Assembly: GCA_050010075.1 (NCBI GenBank)
Contig: JBEKLS010000004.1
Span: forward strand, 1 to 59,167
Reading direction: 5' to 3'
DNA: 59,167 nucleotides
Source: Candidatus Binatus sp.
GTDB lineage: Bacteria > Desulfobacterota > Binatia > Binatales > Binataceae
Positions within the stretch are counted from its first letter, which is position 1. Every line of letters begins with the position of its first letter. Positions 29,665-39,819 of this stretch are shown in pieces. The position numbers were made by a program, and so were the translations under genes. A model generated the notes under the pieces. It did not search any database. It was not told where the DNA came from and was given only the letters and a program-made list of their open reading frames with translations.

Positions 29665-30084
29665 ATGGCCAGTCAAAAGATTGAATATATCGTACCACCT
29701 GATAGTAAGGCGTTCTGCGACAGCATTCGTTACGCTGAAGGCGTTAGGGTCGGGAACATGCTCTATCTAGCCGGCCAGGTCGGGTGGAATCCTGCGACCG
29801 GCAAAGTCGTCGAAGGAGGCCTGCGAGAGCAAGTACGCGGGGCCTTCACAAATATGAAGAAGGTGATAGAGCATGCCGGCGGAAGCATCGACGGCGTGGT
29901 GCAATTGATGAGTTTTCTAGCCGACAAGGGTAGCGACCGTCCACTGATGGAAGATTTCAACGTGGTGGTCGAAGTTCAGAAAGAGTTCTTTACGACGGGC
30001 CGACCATGCGGAACAGTAGCGCGCGTAAAGCAGCTCGCTCTTCCGGATTTGCTAGTCGAGCTTCAGGCCATCGTAGCTCTGTAG
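29665..30084 (+). CDS. Rid (YjgF/YER057c/UK114) family protein
   Basis: YAEGVRVGNMLYLAGQVG, V..LALPDLLVELQAI. Confidence 0.88.
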   Translation: MASQKIEYIVPPDSKAFCDSIRYAEGVRVGNMLYLAGQVGWNPATGKVVEGGLREQVRGAFTNMKKVIEHAGGSIDGVVQLMSFLADKGSDRPLMEDFNVVVEVQKEFFTTGRPCGTVARVKQLALPDLLVELQAIVAL

Positions 30085-30137
30085 AATCCTTTTTATCGAT
30101 TCCAAAGAACAACGTAGAGCCGGCGGGAGACAAACGA

Positions 30138-31712
30138 ATGCGGATCAGATACAGAGGGGCCTCGTACCTCGGAGTATTTCTGGTAGGCCTTGTTTTGCTT
30201 TCTTCCAAGGTAGCAGAGGCCTGTCAAACTTTTGATGAATATGGAATAACCACCTGCCTCACGTTCTTTAGTTCAGCCTACATAAATTTACCGGACGAAA
30301 GGCGCACCGTATTCGACGCGAATACCGAAACATTTTTTACCAGACATCCAGACAATCTCCTCTTTCAGAATAATCAGCTCCTGGCTCTGTTTGACGGCAA
30401 CCCAGAGAAGTTGTCGGAAGCGGTCGGATTCCCGATACATTGGCATCTCGAGATGCGTCCTACCTACGATTCAACTTACGACGCTACCGGGTTCGGTCAA
30501 GGGACTTACCACTCATATCTCTCGTCGCTGGCGACCAACGTTAGCGGTAGCATGCAGGACAACTACCAGCCGTTGTTCAGAGAGTATTACGTTGATCTTC
30601 ATCCTAAGCATTTCTTTATTCGTCTTGGTCGTCAGATCATTGCCTGGGGCAAATCGGACGGCGTGTACATGCTGGACATAATCAATAACTTCAATCTTAT
30701 TAATCCTCAGATCTTCAACGAGCAGCAAATCAAGATTCCAGTATGGGCCGCCAATATTGTCTGGCAGCCTTATCCAGGCGGCGAACTGCAGGGGATCTTC
30801 ATTCCCCAGTACTACCCTACATACTACACTGGTCTTCAAATGAAAGGCGGTTTCCCGATTAACGGGTCCTATGGGGATTTCACCTATGGAAGTGTAGCGG
30901 CCATCAACAACGAACTAAATGGTTCCCTCGGCTTTAAAATTCCGACCGACGTAAACAACCCCTCATCCAGACTTAACAACTGGGTATACGGCGCTCGATG
31001 GTCCGAGCAGCGCGGAAGCATCCACTATACGTTGAATTACCTGTACACCTGGACCACCGGTTACATCTACTACCCCAACACCGGAACTTATGCGACGGCC
31101 ACGGCAGTCAATCTGCGCCCGCACCGTATGAATGTCGCAGGAGGTTCTGCGGATTATGAATTCAACACTGGCAATCCCTGGATTGATGGAACCGTTTTGA
31201 GAGCGGAGTCGGCGGTTACGATTGGAGATGTCTACTATGAGGGCAATTTGGGCAACCCAGTCGACGTAACGCATTGGGGCATTCTGGGCGGTGTTGACCG
31301 AGAAATCCTTGGTGACTATCTGGAGCGGCCGGTGTTCTTCAGCTTTCAATATTGGCAAGACTGGGTCCTACACCGTAATAACGAATGCGCGTGTGGCGGT
31401 AACGAGGACATGTTCCAGGGTCTAGGTTACCAAGGCAGTCATTCGGGTCTGCGCGGCATGTATGAGAGTCTGTCGACGCTCTATATGGACAAGACTTCGA
31501 TGACGGGGGACGTGCTCGATACTTCGTTGTCGGCGGTGTACGAGTGGCAGTTCCACGATTGGTGGCTGCAGCCGCATGTCGGTTATCGAATTAGCGATAA
31601 TACCACCTTGGGTTTGGGCTTCAACATCTATGCGGGCGGGAAGCAAACACCTTACGGAGAATTCACCAACACATCGAACGTGTTCTTCGAACTGCATCAG
31701 ACTTTGTTGTAG
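30138..31712 (+). CDS. DUF1302-like outer-membrane beta-barrel protein
   Basis: Signal peptide; FREYYVD...RLGRQIIAWGKSDG..LDIIN motif; alternating beta pattern; located upstream of DUF1329-like and MMPL genes. Confidence 0.75.
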   Translation: MRIRYRGASYLGVFLVGLVLLSSKVAEACQTFDEYGITTCLTFFSSAYINLPDERRTVFDANTETFFTRHPDNLLFQNNQLLALFDGNPEKLSEAVGFPIHWHLEMRPTYDSTYDATGFGQGTYHSYLSSLATNVSGSMQDNYQPLFREYYVDLHPKHFFIRLGRQIIAWGKSDGVYMLDIINNFNLINPQIFNEQQIKIPVWAANIVWQPYPGGELQGIFIPQYYPTYYTGLQMKGGFPINGSYGDFTYGSVAAINNELNGSLGFKIPTDVNNPSSRLNNWVYGARWSEQRGSIHYTLNYLYTWTTGYIYYPNTGTYATATAVNLRPHRMNVAGGSADYEFNTGNPWIDGTVLRAESAVTIGDVYYEGNLGNPVDVTHWGILGGVDREILGDYLERPVFFSFQYWQDWVLHRNNECACGGNEDMFQGLGYQGSHSGLRGMYESLSTLYMDKTSMTGDVLDTSLSAVYEWQFHDWWLQPHVGYRISDNTTLGLGFNIYAGGKQTPYGEFTNTSNVFFELHQTLL

Positions 31713-31782
31713 GTCGTCGATGAGTTCAATGCTGCGAAAACAAAACCCTAACAGATTCCCCGAACGATCGGAGAGAGGCTCT

Positions 31783-33066
31783 ATGAGGCATTATGATCAA
31801 GGTCAGTCCAGGCGGACGAAGGCCTGCGCGTTTCTTATCGCAATCGTAGCGGCGACGGTCGCGCTGTTTCTCTCGATGAGGTGGACGGTCGATGGTGCGC
31901 TTGCTGATAGCTCGGCACAAGTCCCAGATGTGCCGCCCATTCCAAAGGTAATTGCCGGCAAGCCATATAGCGTGACGCCAGGAGAGTCTCCGGGAACCTG
32001 GGTGGTAAAGTGGGGAGATCAATCGATGTTGTGGAAAGCCCAGCCCTGGATGGAGGATCGCCAGCAGAAGCTCGGTCCCGCATTCATTGCGCAGTGGGCC
32101 ACGCCAGGACTGCCTTTTCCTTTTGAGGTACCGATCGCGGAGAGAGACAAGATTCCGGTCTCAGAGATTCCCGATCGCTGTCTCACCTTCAGCTATTATG
32201 GACCATACTATAACAATGGATGGGATATCTCTCCAATTATCGTTCATCTTCCGGATGGCTCAATTCGGACCTCGAGTCTGACTCTCGAGCACTACACTTC
32301 ATTTGTGAATGGCAATGGTAAACAGTATCTAGCCTCCACCGACCATAACGTACAACGGAAGTACATGTGGGAGCTTACCGCTCCCGAAGAGTTGCGCGGA
32401 GAAGGTGGCGTCACCACGGTTTACAACGATCCGACGCTAGTTCCGGAGGACACGCTTTACCTGCCGACAGTCCGGCGAACGCGCCGGTTGGCTGGTGCGG
32501 TCGCTAAACAGTACTTTCCTGGATCGATCTACCGTTACGAAGACGTCAGCTACTCTGGAGCGCTTCCGCAGCTCGACTACAAAATCACCGGCTTCAAGCT
32601 GTGGGATCCTTCGGACAAGCTGCGCGGTTTCAATAATGAAGGCATTCCAGCCAACGTGAAACGAGTTAGTGGCGCGGGGGAAGTCGTCGCAATTATGGAA
32701 GTCACGCCGAAGCCCGGCATTAGCTGGTGGTACGCCAAGCGAATCGAGTACGTGGGCCTAATCAGCATGTGCACCTACTATACAGAAGAGTACGACGCGA
32801 GTGGAAAGATGATCCGCCAATTCACCCATCTTCCGATCACTGGCGCCAACGAGAACGTTCACGTCGGCGGTCCGGACGGTCCAAATAACGCTCCGCGATG
32901 GTGGCAGATGTGGGGTGTTGCTTGTGTCGTCGATCTTGAAGGTGGGTTTGTGATGGACGGTTGGATACAGAAGGGCGGGTTCAATGCTGACTCCTCGCCG
33001 AGTATCTATTCGGAAACAACGCTGGCAGCACAACCGATGACGCTCGTCGAGTGGCTGTCGCACTAG
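31783..33066 (+). CDS. DUF1329-like periplasmic protein (LolA-like outer-membrane lipoprotein-sorting fold)
   Basis: N-terminal hydrophobic segment; APEELRG, LYLPTVRRTRRL and EYDASGKMIR motifs. Start uncertain (31720 or 31783). Confidence 0.7.
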   Translation: MRHYDQGQSRRTKACAFLIAIVAATVALFLSMRWTVDGALADSSAQVPDVPPIPKVIAGKPYSVTPGESPGTWVVKWGDQSMLWKAQPWMEDRQQKLGPAFIAQWATPGLPFPFEVPIAERDKIPVSEIPDRCLTFSYYGPYYNNGWDISPIIVHLPDGSIRTSSLTLEHYTSFVNGNGKQYLASTDHNVQRKYMWELTAPEELRGEGGVTTVYNDPTLVPEDTLYLPTVRRTRRLAGAVAKQYFPGSIYRYEDVSYSGALPQLDYKITGFKLWDPSDKLRGFNNEGIPANVKRVSGAGEVVAIMEVTPKPGISWWYAKRIEYVGLISMCTYYTEEYDASGKMIRQFTHLPITGANENVHVGGPDGPNNAPRWWQMWGVACVVDLEGGFVMDGWIQKGGFNADSSPSIYSETTLAAQPMTLVEWLSH

Positions 33067-33123
33067 CAGTCAATTGTCGGCTGTTCAGGACGAGGCGCGG
33101 TTCTAACACAAGAGGCAGGATAA

Positions 33124-34176
33124 ATGAAGTTTTCATTGACGCAGGAATGCCAGACCATGACTCGCGATTACTACAATCGCTACTGGCAGATGATGCGAGA
33201 GGTAGAACTGGCGGACCAGCTTGGATGGGACTCCTATAGCCTCTCTGAGCAGCATTTTACGCCGAGAGAATATACGACGTCTGCGCCGGAGATATTTCTC
33301 GCGGCGGCTGCTATGCGTACCAAACGGATTCGTCTCCGTCATGGGATCGTGTTGCTCATCAAAAACATAAACCATCCGCTCAAAGTGGCCGAGCGAATAG
33401 CGATGTTGGACATCATGAGTAACGGCCGCATCGATTTTGGCACCGGACGAGGGAATAAGCTGGGTACCTTCCGGGCGTTTGAAGTGCCGGTCGACGAGAC
33501 CCGCCATCAATGGGAAGAACAACTGGATATGATCCCAAAGATGTGGATGCAAGACACGTTCTCCTGGGAGAGCAAGGATTACAAGATTCCCCCTACGTCG
33601 GTTAATCCGAAACCTGTTCAGAGGCCACACCCTCCAATCTGGACCGCCGCCACCAGTCCAGAAGTGTACGAGCTGGCTGGACAGAAAGGGATTGGTGCAT
33701 TCTGCTTCGATTTCGCTCCTCCGGGAGTAACTCAAAAGCATGTAGAGCTCTACAAAAGAACGGTCAAACACGCCGAGCCGGTGGGCGGATACGTCAACGA
33801 CCAGGCCGCCATGCTAACGCTGGGTTTCTGCGCCGAGACTACGGAATACGCCAAGAGTCTAGCCAAGGGGCCGATACTCGAGTTCTCGAATGAAGCGCTT
33901 CGGATCTACGAGGAACTCGCCGCGACCAAAGAGAAGTCCTATCAGTACATGGCGCAGCAAATTGCGCCGGCCAAAAGCGGAGTCGATTTCGACGCCTTAT
34001 GCGACAGTGCAACGGTAGTAGTTGGAGACCCGGATACTTGTATTAAGAAACTCAAGCTGTACCAGGAGGCCGGGGCAGACGAGATTATTATTCGAATGGA
34101 TGGCATGCCGCACGAGAAAATCATGGACTCGATACGTTTGTTTGCCGAGTATGTGATGCCCGAATTTCGCAACTGA
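33124..34176 (+). CDS. LLM class flavin-dependent oxidoreductase 2
   Basis: ADQLGWD...SEQHF, HPLKVAERIAMLDIMSNGRIDFGTGRG, PKPVQRPHPPIW. Confidence 0.93.
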   Translation: MKFSLTQECQTMTRDYYNRYWQMMREVELADQLGWDSYSLSEQHFTPREYTTSAPEIFLAAAAMRTKRIRLRHGIVLLIKNINHPLKVAERIAMLDIMSNGRIDFGTGRGNKLGTFRAFEVPVDETRHQWEEQLDMIPKMWMQDTFSWESKDYKIPPTSVNPKPVQRPHPPIWTAATSPEVYELAGQKGIGAFCFDFAPPGVTQKHVELYKRTVKHAEPVGGYVNDQAAMLTLGFCAETTEYAKSLAKGPILEFSNEALRIYEELAATKEKSYQYMAQQIAPAKSGVDFDALCDSATVVVGDPDTCIKKLKLYQEAGADEIIIRMDGMPHEKIMDSIRLFAEYVMPEFRN

Positions 34177-34248
34177 TTTAGTAAGCCACGTCCCGAGAAG
34201 AACCGTAGCGTTTAGGCTTCGAGGGATACGTGTGTCCAAGGAAGACCG

Positions 34249-36735
34249 ATGGAGCAGTATACGGGATTGGATCGAAAACTCGAGCGCATGGCGCGCTTTT
34301 TCATTCGACGCCGCAGGATTGGTGTTATACTCCAAATTGTGATCGCCGCGCTGTGTATTTGGGCGCTGTTTGGTCTCCGGCTGCGCGATGATCCCAATGC
34401 GTGGCCTCCCCGCACTGATTCATACGTTCGACTCAATGAACAAATTATGTCCTCTTTCGGCGGAGGCAACTCGGTAAGTATCGAGGTGCTCGCGACAGAT
34501 GGAACCATCTACACCAAGTCTCATCTCAACACGATTAAGGCGATAACGGACGATCTTTTCCTGGTACCCGGCGTCATACCGTATGCGATTCGCTCGGTTT
34601 CCACGCTTAGCAGTGAATCCTACGCATTCCTGAATAAGGGCACTCCGGACGAGACGATGTCTGTCTCACCGATCATGCCAGATACCCTTCAGAATGATAA
34701 GGATGTGCTTCCTATTAAAGCGGCAGTGACCGACAATCCGATGTTGAACGGAGTGCTGGTTTCCAAGGATGGCAAGGCCGCATTGATTTTGGCCGATTTT
34801 CGCACCGAGGTGCCAGCGCACGCATTGGTGAAAGTCGATACGACAGATCCGGTTGAGATCTATCACGCGGTAAATGAGTTACTTAAGAAACATCAAAGTC
34901 CCGGACTCGAACTCCGCACCGCAGGGACTCCTATAATTATTGGCTGGGTGAATAGCACCGGTCTCCTATACATTTTCGGTGCGTTCGGCTTCTTCGTAGT
35001 AATTATAGGCGTCGTGCTATGGTACGGCTTTCGAACCTATAGCGCCGTGGTCTTGCCTCTCCGGGTGTCCTTTCTGGGCGTGCTGATGGGGTTCGGATTG
35101 TATCGCCTGTTTTTTGGCGCGACCATCTACTCCGCATCCGCGTTGTTAGCACCTTTCATCATAGTCGCGGCGGGCGCCTGTCACTCGGTTCAGTTTCTTA
35201 CGCGTTTCTTTTACGAAGAGTATCCGCGCCTGAAGAAGGTCGACGACGCAATCGTGAGCACCTTTGTCTCGCGCCTCCGCCCGATGCTTGTGTCGTTGCT
35301 CTGTGACGTCGTTCCTTTCCTCGTAATGGCCGCGATTCCATTCGATAACGTTCGAATGTTGGGAATAGTGACCAGTCTTGGCCTGCTCTCGCTCACAGTT
35401 GATGAATTCCTTCTGATGATTCCCGCCCTCAGCTATGTCGCCTTGAGCGAGCTTCAAGAGGTCGGCGGTCGCGTGCAAAAGGAGAGCACCGGAGTGACGC
35501 GTTTGGACTCGTCGCTGGCGGCGCTCATTCATAAGGTTCTGGATTCACGCCGTGTGAGTCTAGCTCTCGTTTTGGCTTCCCTCGTTATCACTGCTGCGGC
35601 GTTCGAAGTGGACCTTCATGCACCAATCGGTCAGAACAACACCTACGCGATCCATAACTATCTGACTCGGTCTTGGTTGCGAAGCCCGATCTTCCAAATG
35701 GAACGAGGAATCGTGACGCGGTTCGGCGGGGTCTATCCAATGACCGTGTATATCAACGGTAAGTCGGACGCGGGAAAGGTCCTCGAGCAACCAGCTGTAC
35801 TTCGGGCCGTCGACCAGCTGGCGCGTTTTATACGCGAACAACCAGGGGTGGGTAGCGTGGCCGATGTGGCCTATCCCTTGAAACTTAGCAACTCGTTCGT
35901 ACACGGCGACGACCAACAATATTTTAAAATACCGGATACGAAAAGCGAGCTCGGTCTCGAGGTGCTTGATCTTGCAGATCATGCGCCCGGCGCCTACTTG
36001 TGGCTGTTTACCAACGATTTGAGGCAGACCGTCATAATCGCTTACGTGGCGACCACCGAGCCTGGCGCAGTCGAGCGGCTATTGTCGGCAACCCAGGAAA
36101 AGGCCAGCACGTTGTTCCAAGGATTGCCGGTAACCGTGGGTGTTGCGGGAGGATCTGTCGGAATCGCTCAAGCCTTTAACGACAATATCGGCTACTGGTT
36201 ATTGGTTGGCGCTTTGCTCGGGTTTCTCGGAACTGCGATTCTGGCGATACCATTTATAGGATCGGTCAGGCTCTCGTTGATACTTACCGTGCCGCTTATC
36301 ATGGGCACCATAATTTCAGTGGCGTTCATGTATCTGCTAGGAATTGAAATCAATTCCAACGCGATTGCAGCTCTTGCGATAGCCAGTGGAGTGGGAATCG
36401 ACTCAGAGGTGTATCTGCTGTTTCGCGTCCGCGAGGAGTATGCGAAGGTAGGGAACTTTCGCGAAGCTTTAATTCAGGGATACGTCAAGATCCGCAGGGC
36501 ACTCCTCGTTTCTAATGGAGCTTTGATCTTAGGTTGTTGGGCGCTTATTCCGGTGCCTTTGTATATCGGATATGTCGGCTTCGGAATGGGTTTGGTTCTC
36601 TTCTGGTGCTTTCTGATGAGCGCCGTCCTTTCGCCAATTCTATGGGCCTGGTTTGGTGAACAAGTAGTTACGGGCAGCAAAAATGAAGCAAGCATTCCCG
36701 AACGAATAACTGTCCATAGCGGGACCGAAGGATGA
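34249..36735 (+). CDS. MMPL/RND family lipid-type transporter
   Basis: 828 aa with two repeats of TM, periplasmic loop and five TMs; GACHSVQF..RF and IASGVGIDSEVY...R.REE motifs. Confidence 0.88.
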   Translation: MEQYTGLDRKLERMARFFIRRRRIGVILQIVIAALCIWALFGLRLRDDPNAWPPRTDSYVRLNEQIMSSFGGGNSVSIEVLATDGTIYTKSHLNTIKAITDDLFLVPGVIPYAIRSVSTLSSESYAFLNKGTPDETMSVSPIMPDTLQNDKDVLPIKAAVTDNPMLNGVLVSKDGKAALILADFRTEVPAHALVKVDTTDPVEIYHAVNELLKKHQSPGLELRTAGTPIIIGWVNSTGLLYIFGAFGFFVVIIGVVLWYGFRTYSAVVLPLRVSFLGVLMGFGLYRLFFGATIYSASALLAPFIIVAAGACHSVQFLTRFFYEEYPRLKKVDDAIVSTFVSRLRPMLVSLLCDVVPFLVMAAIPFDNVRMLGIVTSLGLLSLTVDEFLLMIPALSYVALSELQEVGGRVQKESTGVTRLDSSLAALIHKVLDSRRVSLALVLASLVITAAAFEVDLHAPIGQNNTYAIHNYLTRSWLRSPIFQMERGIVTRFGGVYPMTVYINGKSDAGKVLEQPAVLRAVDQLARFIREQPGVGSVADVAYPLKLSNSFVHGDDQQYFKIPDTKSELGLEVLDLADHAPGAYLWLFTNDLRQTVIIAYVATTEPGAVERLLSATQEKASTLFQGLPVTVGVAGGSVGIAQAFNDNIGYWLLVGALLGFLGTAILAIPFIGSVRLSLILTVPLIMGTIISVAFMYLLGIEINSNAIAALAIASGVGIDSEVYLLFRVREEYAKVGNFREALIQGYVKIRRALLVSNGALILGCWALIPVPLYIGYVGFGMGLVLFWCFLMSAVLSPILWAWFGEQVVTGSKNEASIPERITVHSGTEG

Positions 36736-36801
36736 GCGGAAGTCCACGCAGTGTCGCAATTGTTCGGTCGTAAGATCGACGATGGCAAATGGAGTTGCGT
36801 T

Positions 36802-37095
36802 ATGAGTGTTCTCGTAGTGGTCCAAGGAATCTTTCATCCAGAGCGTTCCGAGACCCTTAAGCAGTATCAAGCTGTGGCGATGCCGATAATCCAAAGGCAT
36901 GGAGGCCAGGTCGTAGCTCGCGGAACGGGGACGGACAACTTCATAGGACAACATAAGTGGACGGTGGGCGCCATACTTCGCTTTCCAGACGCCGAGTCCG
37001 CGCGCGCCTGGCACAACGATCCAGCGTACCAAAAGGTAATACCGCTGCGCCAACAGGCGTACGCGCAACTGGAAATCAACGTTTTCCAGGAGTAG
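36802..37095 (+). CDS. DUF1330 domain protein
   Basis: Y......I.RHGGQVVARG, ILRFPDAESARAWHNDPAYQ...PLR. Confidence 0.85.
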   Translation: MSVLVVVQGIFHPERSETLKQYQAVAMPIIQRHGGQVVARGTGTDNFIGQHKWTVGAILRFPDAESARAWHNDPAYQKVIPLRQQAYAQLEINVFQE

Positions 37096-37155
37096 TCCGC
37101 AGTCAGGCTTGAACACGAGGATTTCATTCACGCCTTAACGTCAGGGAGAGTCACT

Positions 37156-37551
37156 ATGAAAAAAAGCGATGTTGTCCTTCCGAAAGGAATGGAGGGCTTC
37201 TACGACAACTTTCACTTCTCGCCAGCCGTAAAGGATAAGGACCGGCTCTTTTTGGCTGGTATGATCGGGCTTGAGCCGGACGGGACCGCCGTCAAAGACC
37301 CGGAAAAGCAATACACGCAAGCCTTCGAGACGTTAAAGGCTGTACTGGCGGAGGCGGGTTGTTCTTATTCCGATGTAGTCGAAATGACGACCTTTCACGT
37401 CGGCCTGCAAGCTCAACTGCAATTGTTTTCGAAGGTCAAGGATCGATACATGCCCGAACCCTACCCGGCGTGGACTGGAATCGGAGTCTCCGAGCTGGCG
37501 GTGCCCGGAGCGCTGGTCGAAATCAGACTCGTCGCCCGTTTGCGCAGTTAA
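37156..37551 (+). CDS. Rid family protein (Rid7/YjgH-like)
   Basis: FSPAV, DVVEMTTFHV, YPAWTGIGVSEL, LVEI. Confidence 0.9.
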   Translation: MKKSDVVLPKGMEGFYDNFHFSPAVKDKDRLFLAGMIGLEPDGTAVKDPEKQYTQAFETLKAVLAEAGCSYSDVVEMTTFHVGLQAQLQLFSKVKDRYMPEPYPAWTGIGVSELAVPGALVEIRLVARLRS

Positions 37552-37660
37552 GATGCTCGGCTGAATCAGCTGGTCGCAACGGCTCGGCCGGCGGAATCGA
37601 ACGGTAGAATCCAATTCTCAAGGAATTGAAGTCTTTAGAAAGAGAGACGCAGCGATCGGG

Positions 37661-37918
37661 ATGGTCAATCAAAAGCATGGCATGGTGTTTTATGATCCAT
37701 CTGTGGCGGGTTACTGCCTTTACTACTTGCCGGCCAACAAGGATATGACCGACCGTATCAAGCTGACTACTGAAATGTCGTTCTCCAAAGCCGCTAATAT
37801 TGTGCATCGATTAAACTACCAACTTTTCGAGCGGCGAACTGGTGATGACGAAATACCAGCGATCATCTACAACTATCTGATTGAGCACGGTGCCGAGAAG
37901 TACATTCTTAGAGAGTGA
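37661..37918 (+). CDS. hypothetical protein
   Basis: 85-aa co-oriented ORF ending 6 bp before the next gene. Confidence 0.5.
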   Translation: MVNQKHGMVFYDPSVAGYCLYYLPANKDMTDRIKLTTEMSFSKAANIVHRLNYQLFERRTGDDEIPAIIYNYLIEHGAEKYILRE

Positions 37919-37924
37919 CGATCG

Positions 37925-38659
37925 ATGGCAAATAAGCAGACGACCGACAAAGAAGTTGGTTTTTCAGGTAAGAGCTGCGAGCTCAGAGCCTTTGTGGCGG
38001 AACCTGCCGAGGGGGCAGGGCCGTGGCCAGCTTTGATCGTCGTGCATGAATGGTGGGGACTCGACGACCACATTCGAGATGTAGCGCGACGCCTGGCGGC
38101 CGAGGGCTACTTTGCGGTCGCGCCGGATCTCTACTCACGACAGGGGCACCAGGTGACCAAAGATCCCGATCTAGCAGCCGACCTGATGGGTGGACTGCTG
38201 GTAGCCGATGGCATCGACGACTTGGCTAGCACCATTAAATGGATCAAAAGTCAGCCTAAGGCTGACGCCGCCCATATCGGTGTGGTCGGGTTTTGCATGG
38301 GTGGCAGCTATGCGACCTTACTGCCTTGCATAAACAAGGAGATCAAAGCAGCGGCGCCCTTCTACGGCGAGATTCCGCCTGACGATCAGCTCGCAAGTCT
38401 TGGATGCCCGATATTCTACGTTTACGGCGAAAACGATGGATGGATTCAGCGCCAGGACGTCGACCGTCTCGGAGCGTCGCTCAAAAAGTTCGGCAAGCCA
38501 GGCCAAGTCAAGGTTTACGCCGGCTGCTCGCACGGCTTTTTCAACGATACACGCACTGACGTTTACAGTGCCAAGGACGCAAAGGACGCGTGGAAACGAA
38601 CGCTTGAACTCTTCGATGTCAACTTGAAAGGTCGGACCACTAACACAACTCATGAGTAG
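37925..38659 (+). CDS. dienelactone hydrolase family protein
   Basis: HEWWGL, APDLY, GFCMGG nucleophile elbow, GENDGW, HGFFND. Confidence 0.93.
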   Translation: MANKQTTDKEVGFSGKSCELRAFVAEPAEGAGPWPALIVVHEWWGLDDHIRDVARRLAAEGYFAVAPDLYSRQGHQVTKDPDLAADLMGGLLVADGIDDLASTIKWIKSQPKADAAHIGVVGFCMGGSYATLLPCINKEIKAAAPFYGEIPPDDQLASLGCPIFYVYGENDGWIQRQDVDRLGASLKKFGKPGQVKVYAGCSHGFFNDTRTDVYSAKDAKDAWKRTLELFDVNLKGRTTNTTHE

Positions 38660-38673
38660 GAAGGACAATTCCG

Positions 38674-39141
38674 ATGCACCTGAACCGAGTATTAATCTGG
38701 CTGACATTGTTAGCGTCGATGACAGTGCTCTATTGGTCGCCGATAGTCGGGGCGCAGTTGCCTGATAACGGTGACGTGAAGGTATCAGGAGTTTGGAAGG
38801 GTACTCGAACCTCGACCGGCGGCACCGGATCGGGTGAATTTAAAGTCCACAGCATCCGATTTGACTTGAAGCAAAGCGGTGAAGAGCTCTCGGGTTCATA
38901 CAAATGCTACGCGGGCAAGAAAGCGAATGTCGATTGCAACAATCCTGTGGGCACAATCACCGGCGGAACCATTAAGGAAGGTAAGCTAAAGCTACAAGTG
39001 CAGGCGTTGCCAAACAACCTGGCATGCTCGTTCGAAGGATCGGCTCAAGGAAACAGCATGAAGGGGAACTTCACTTGTTACGTAGCAGGCACGCTTGCTT
39101 CAAATGGAGTGTGGGAGGTGCATCGTCCCAATAGCGAGTAG
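38674..39141 (+). CDS. secreted small beta-barrel-like hypothetical protein
   Basis: Signal peptide, VSGVWKG, four Cys residues, Gly-rich beta strands. Confidence 0.7.
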   Translation: MHLNRVLIWLTLLASMTVLYWSPIVGAQLPDNGDVKVSGVWKGTRTSTGGTGSGEFKVHSIRFDLKQSGEELSGSYKCYAGKKANVDCNNPVGTITGGTIKEGKLKLQVQALPNNLACSFEGSAQGNSMKGNFTCYVAGTLASNGVWEVHRPNSE

Positions 39142-39207
39142 AGAATAGTCAATGATTGATGTCTCTTGTTCGTTTTAAAAGAGTATTCGACCGATCGTTT
39201 GGTGAAA

Positions 39208-39711
39208 ATGCGAACTCTATTCGGGGGCCTCATTTTGTGGTTGGCAACGGGGTGCTCGGCTCTGTGGGGTTGTTCTTCCAGCCAGACTCCGCGGGCATCT
39301 GTCGTGCAGATTGATCCCATTGCTCGTTCCGCAAAACCGCCGGATTGTTGGATGCCTATTCTAAACTCGGCACCTTTGGAATGCGACTATCGGAAAATCG
39401 CGATCGTGGAAGCTTGGGGAACCCTCGATCACAAAGACGAAATGCTGGACGCTCTACGTCAGAAAGCTTGCAGTACTGGCGCCGACGCACTGCTGATCGT
39501 GTCCGGCCAATCCCAAGTCGATGGGCGACTCGAAACAATGGACCTTCCTAATTCCGAGGTTCAGAACGACGAAGGAAACTCAAACCGTAGCGCAAGCTAT
39601 GAAGAGAGCTTGACACCGCGGATCGGACAACCCGGACACCCAGGCTACTACCTGGACGCTGTCGCTATCATTTATCAGAACCCCAAAGAGGACAAGCGAA
39701 AGTCTCATTGA
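39208..39711 (+). CDS. putative lipoprotein
   Basis: Lipobox-like LATGC/LWGC; LRQKACSTGADALLIV resembles YbjQ/RcsF-like folds. Confidence 0.6.
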   Translation: MRTLFGGLILWLATGCSALWGCSSSQTPRASVVQIDPIARSAKPPDCWMPILNSAPLECDYRKIAIVEAWGTLDHKDEMLDALRQKACSTGADALLIVSGQSQVDGRLETMDLPNSEVQNDEGNSNRSASYEESLTPRIGQPGHPGYYLDAVAIIYQNPKEDKRKSH

Positions 39712-39819
39712 AGGTGCTTCGCAGCTCTGCGCCCAAGGTTACCCGGGAAGGTAGACTCGTCTGGCAGTCTGGACGCAAATCACATCAGATCAGAGTAACA
39801 GCCTAAGAGGAGAATAGAA

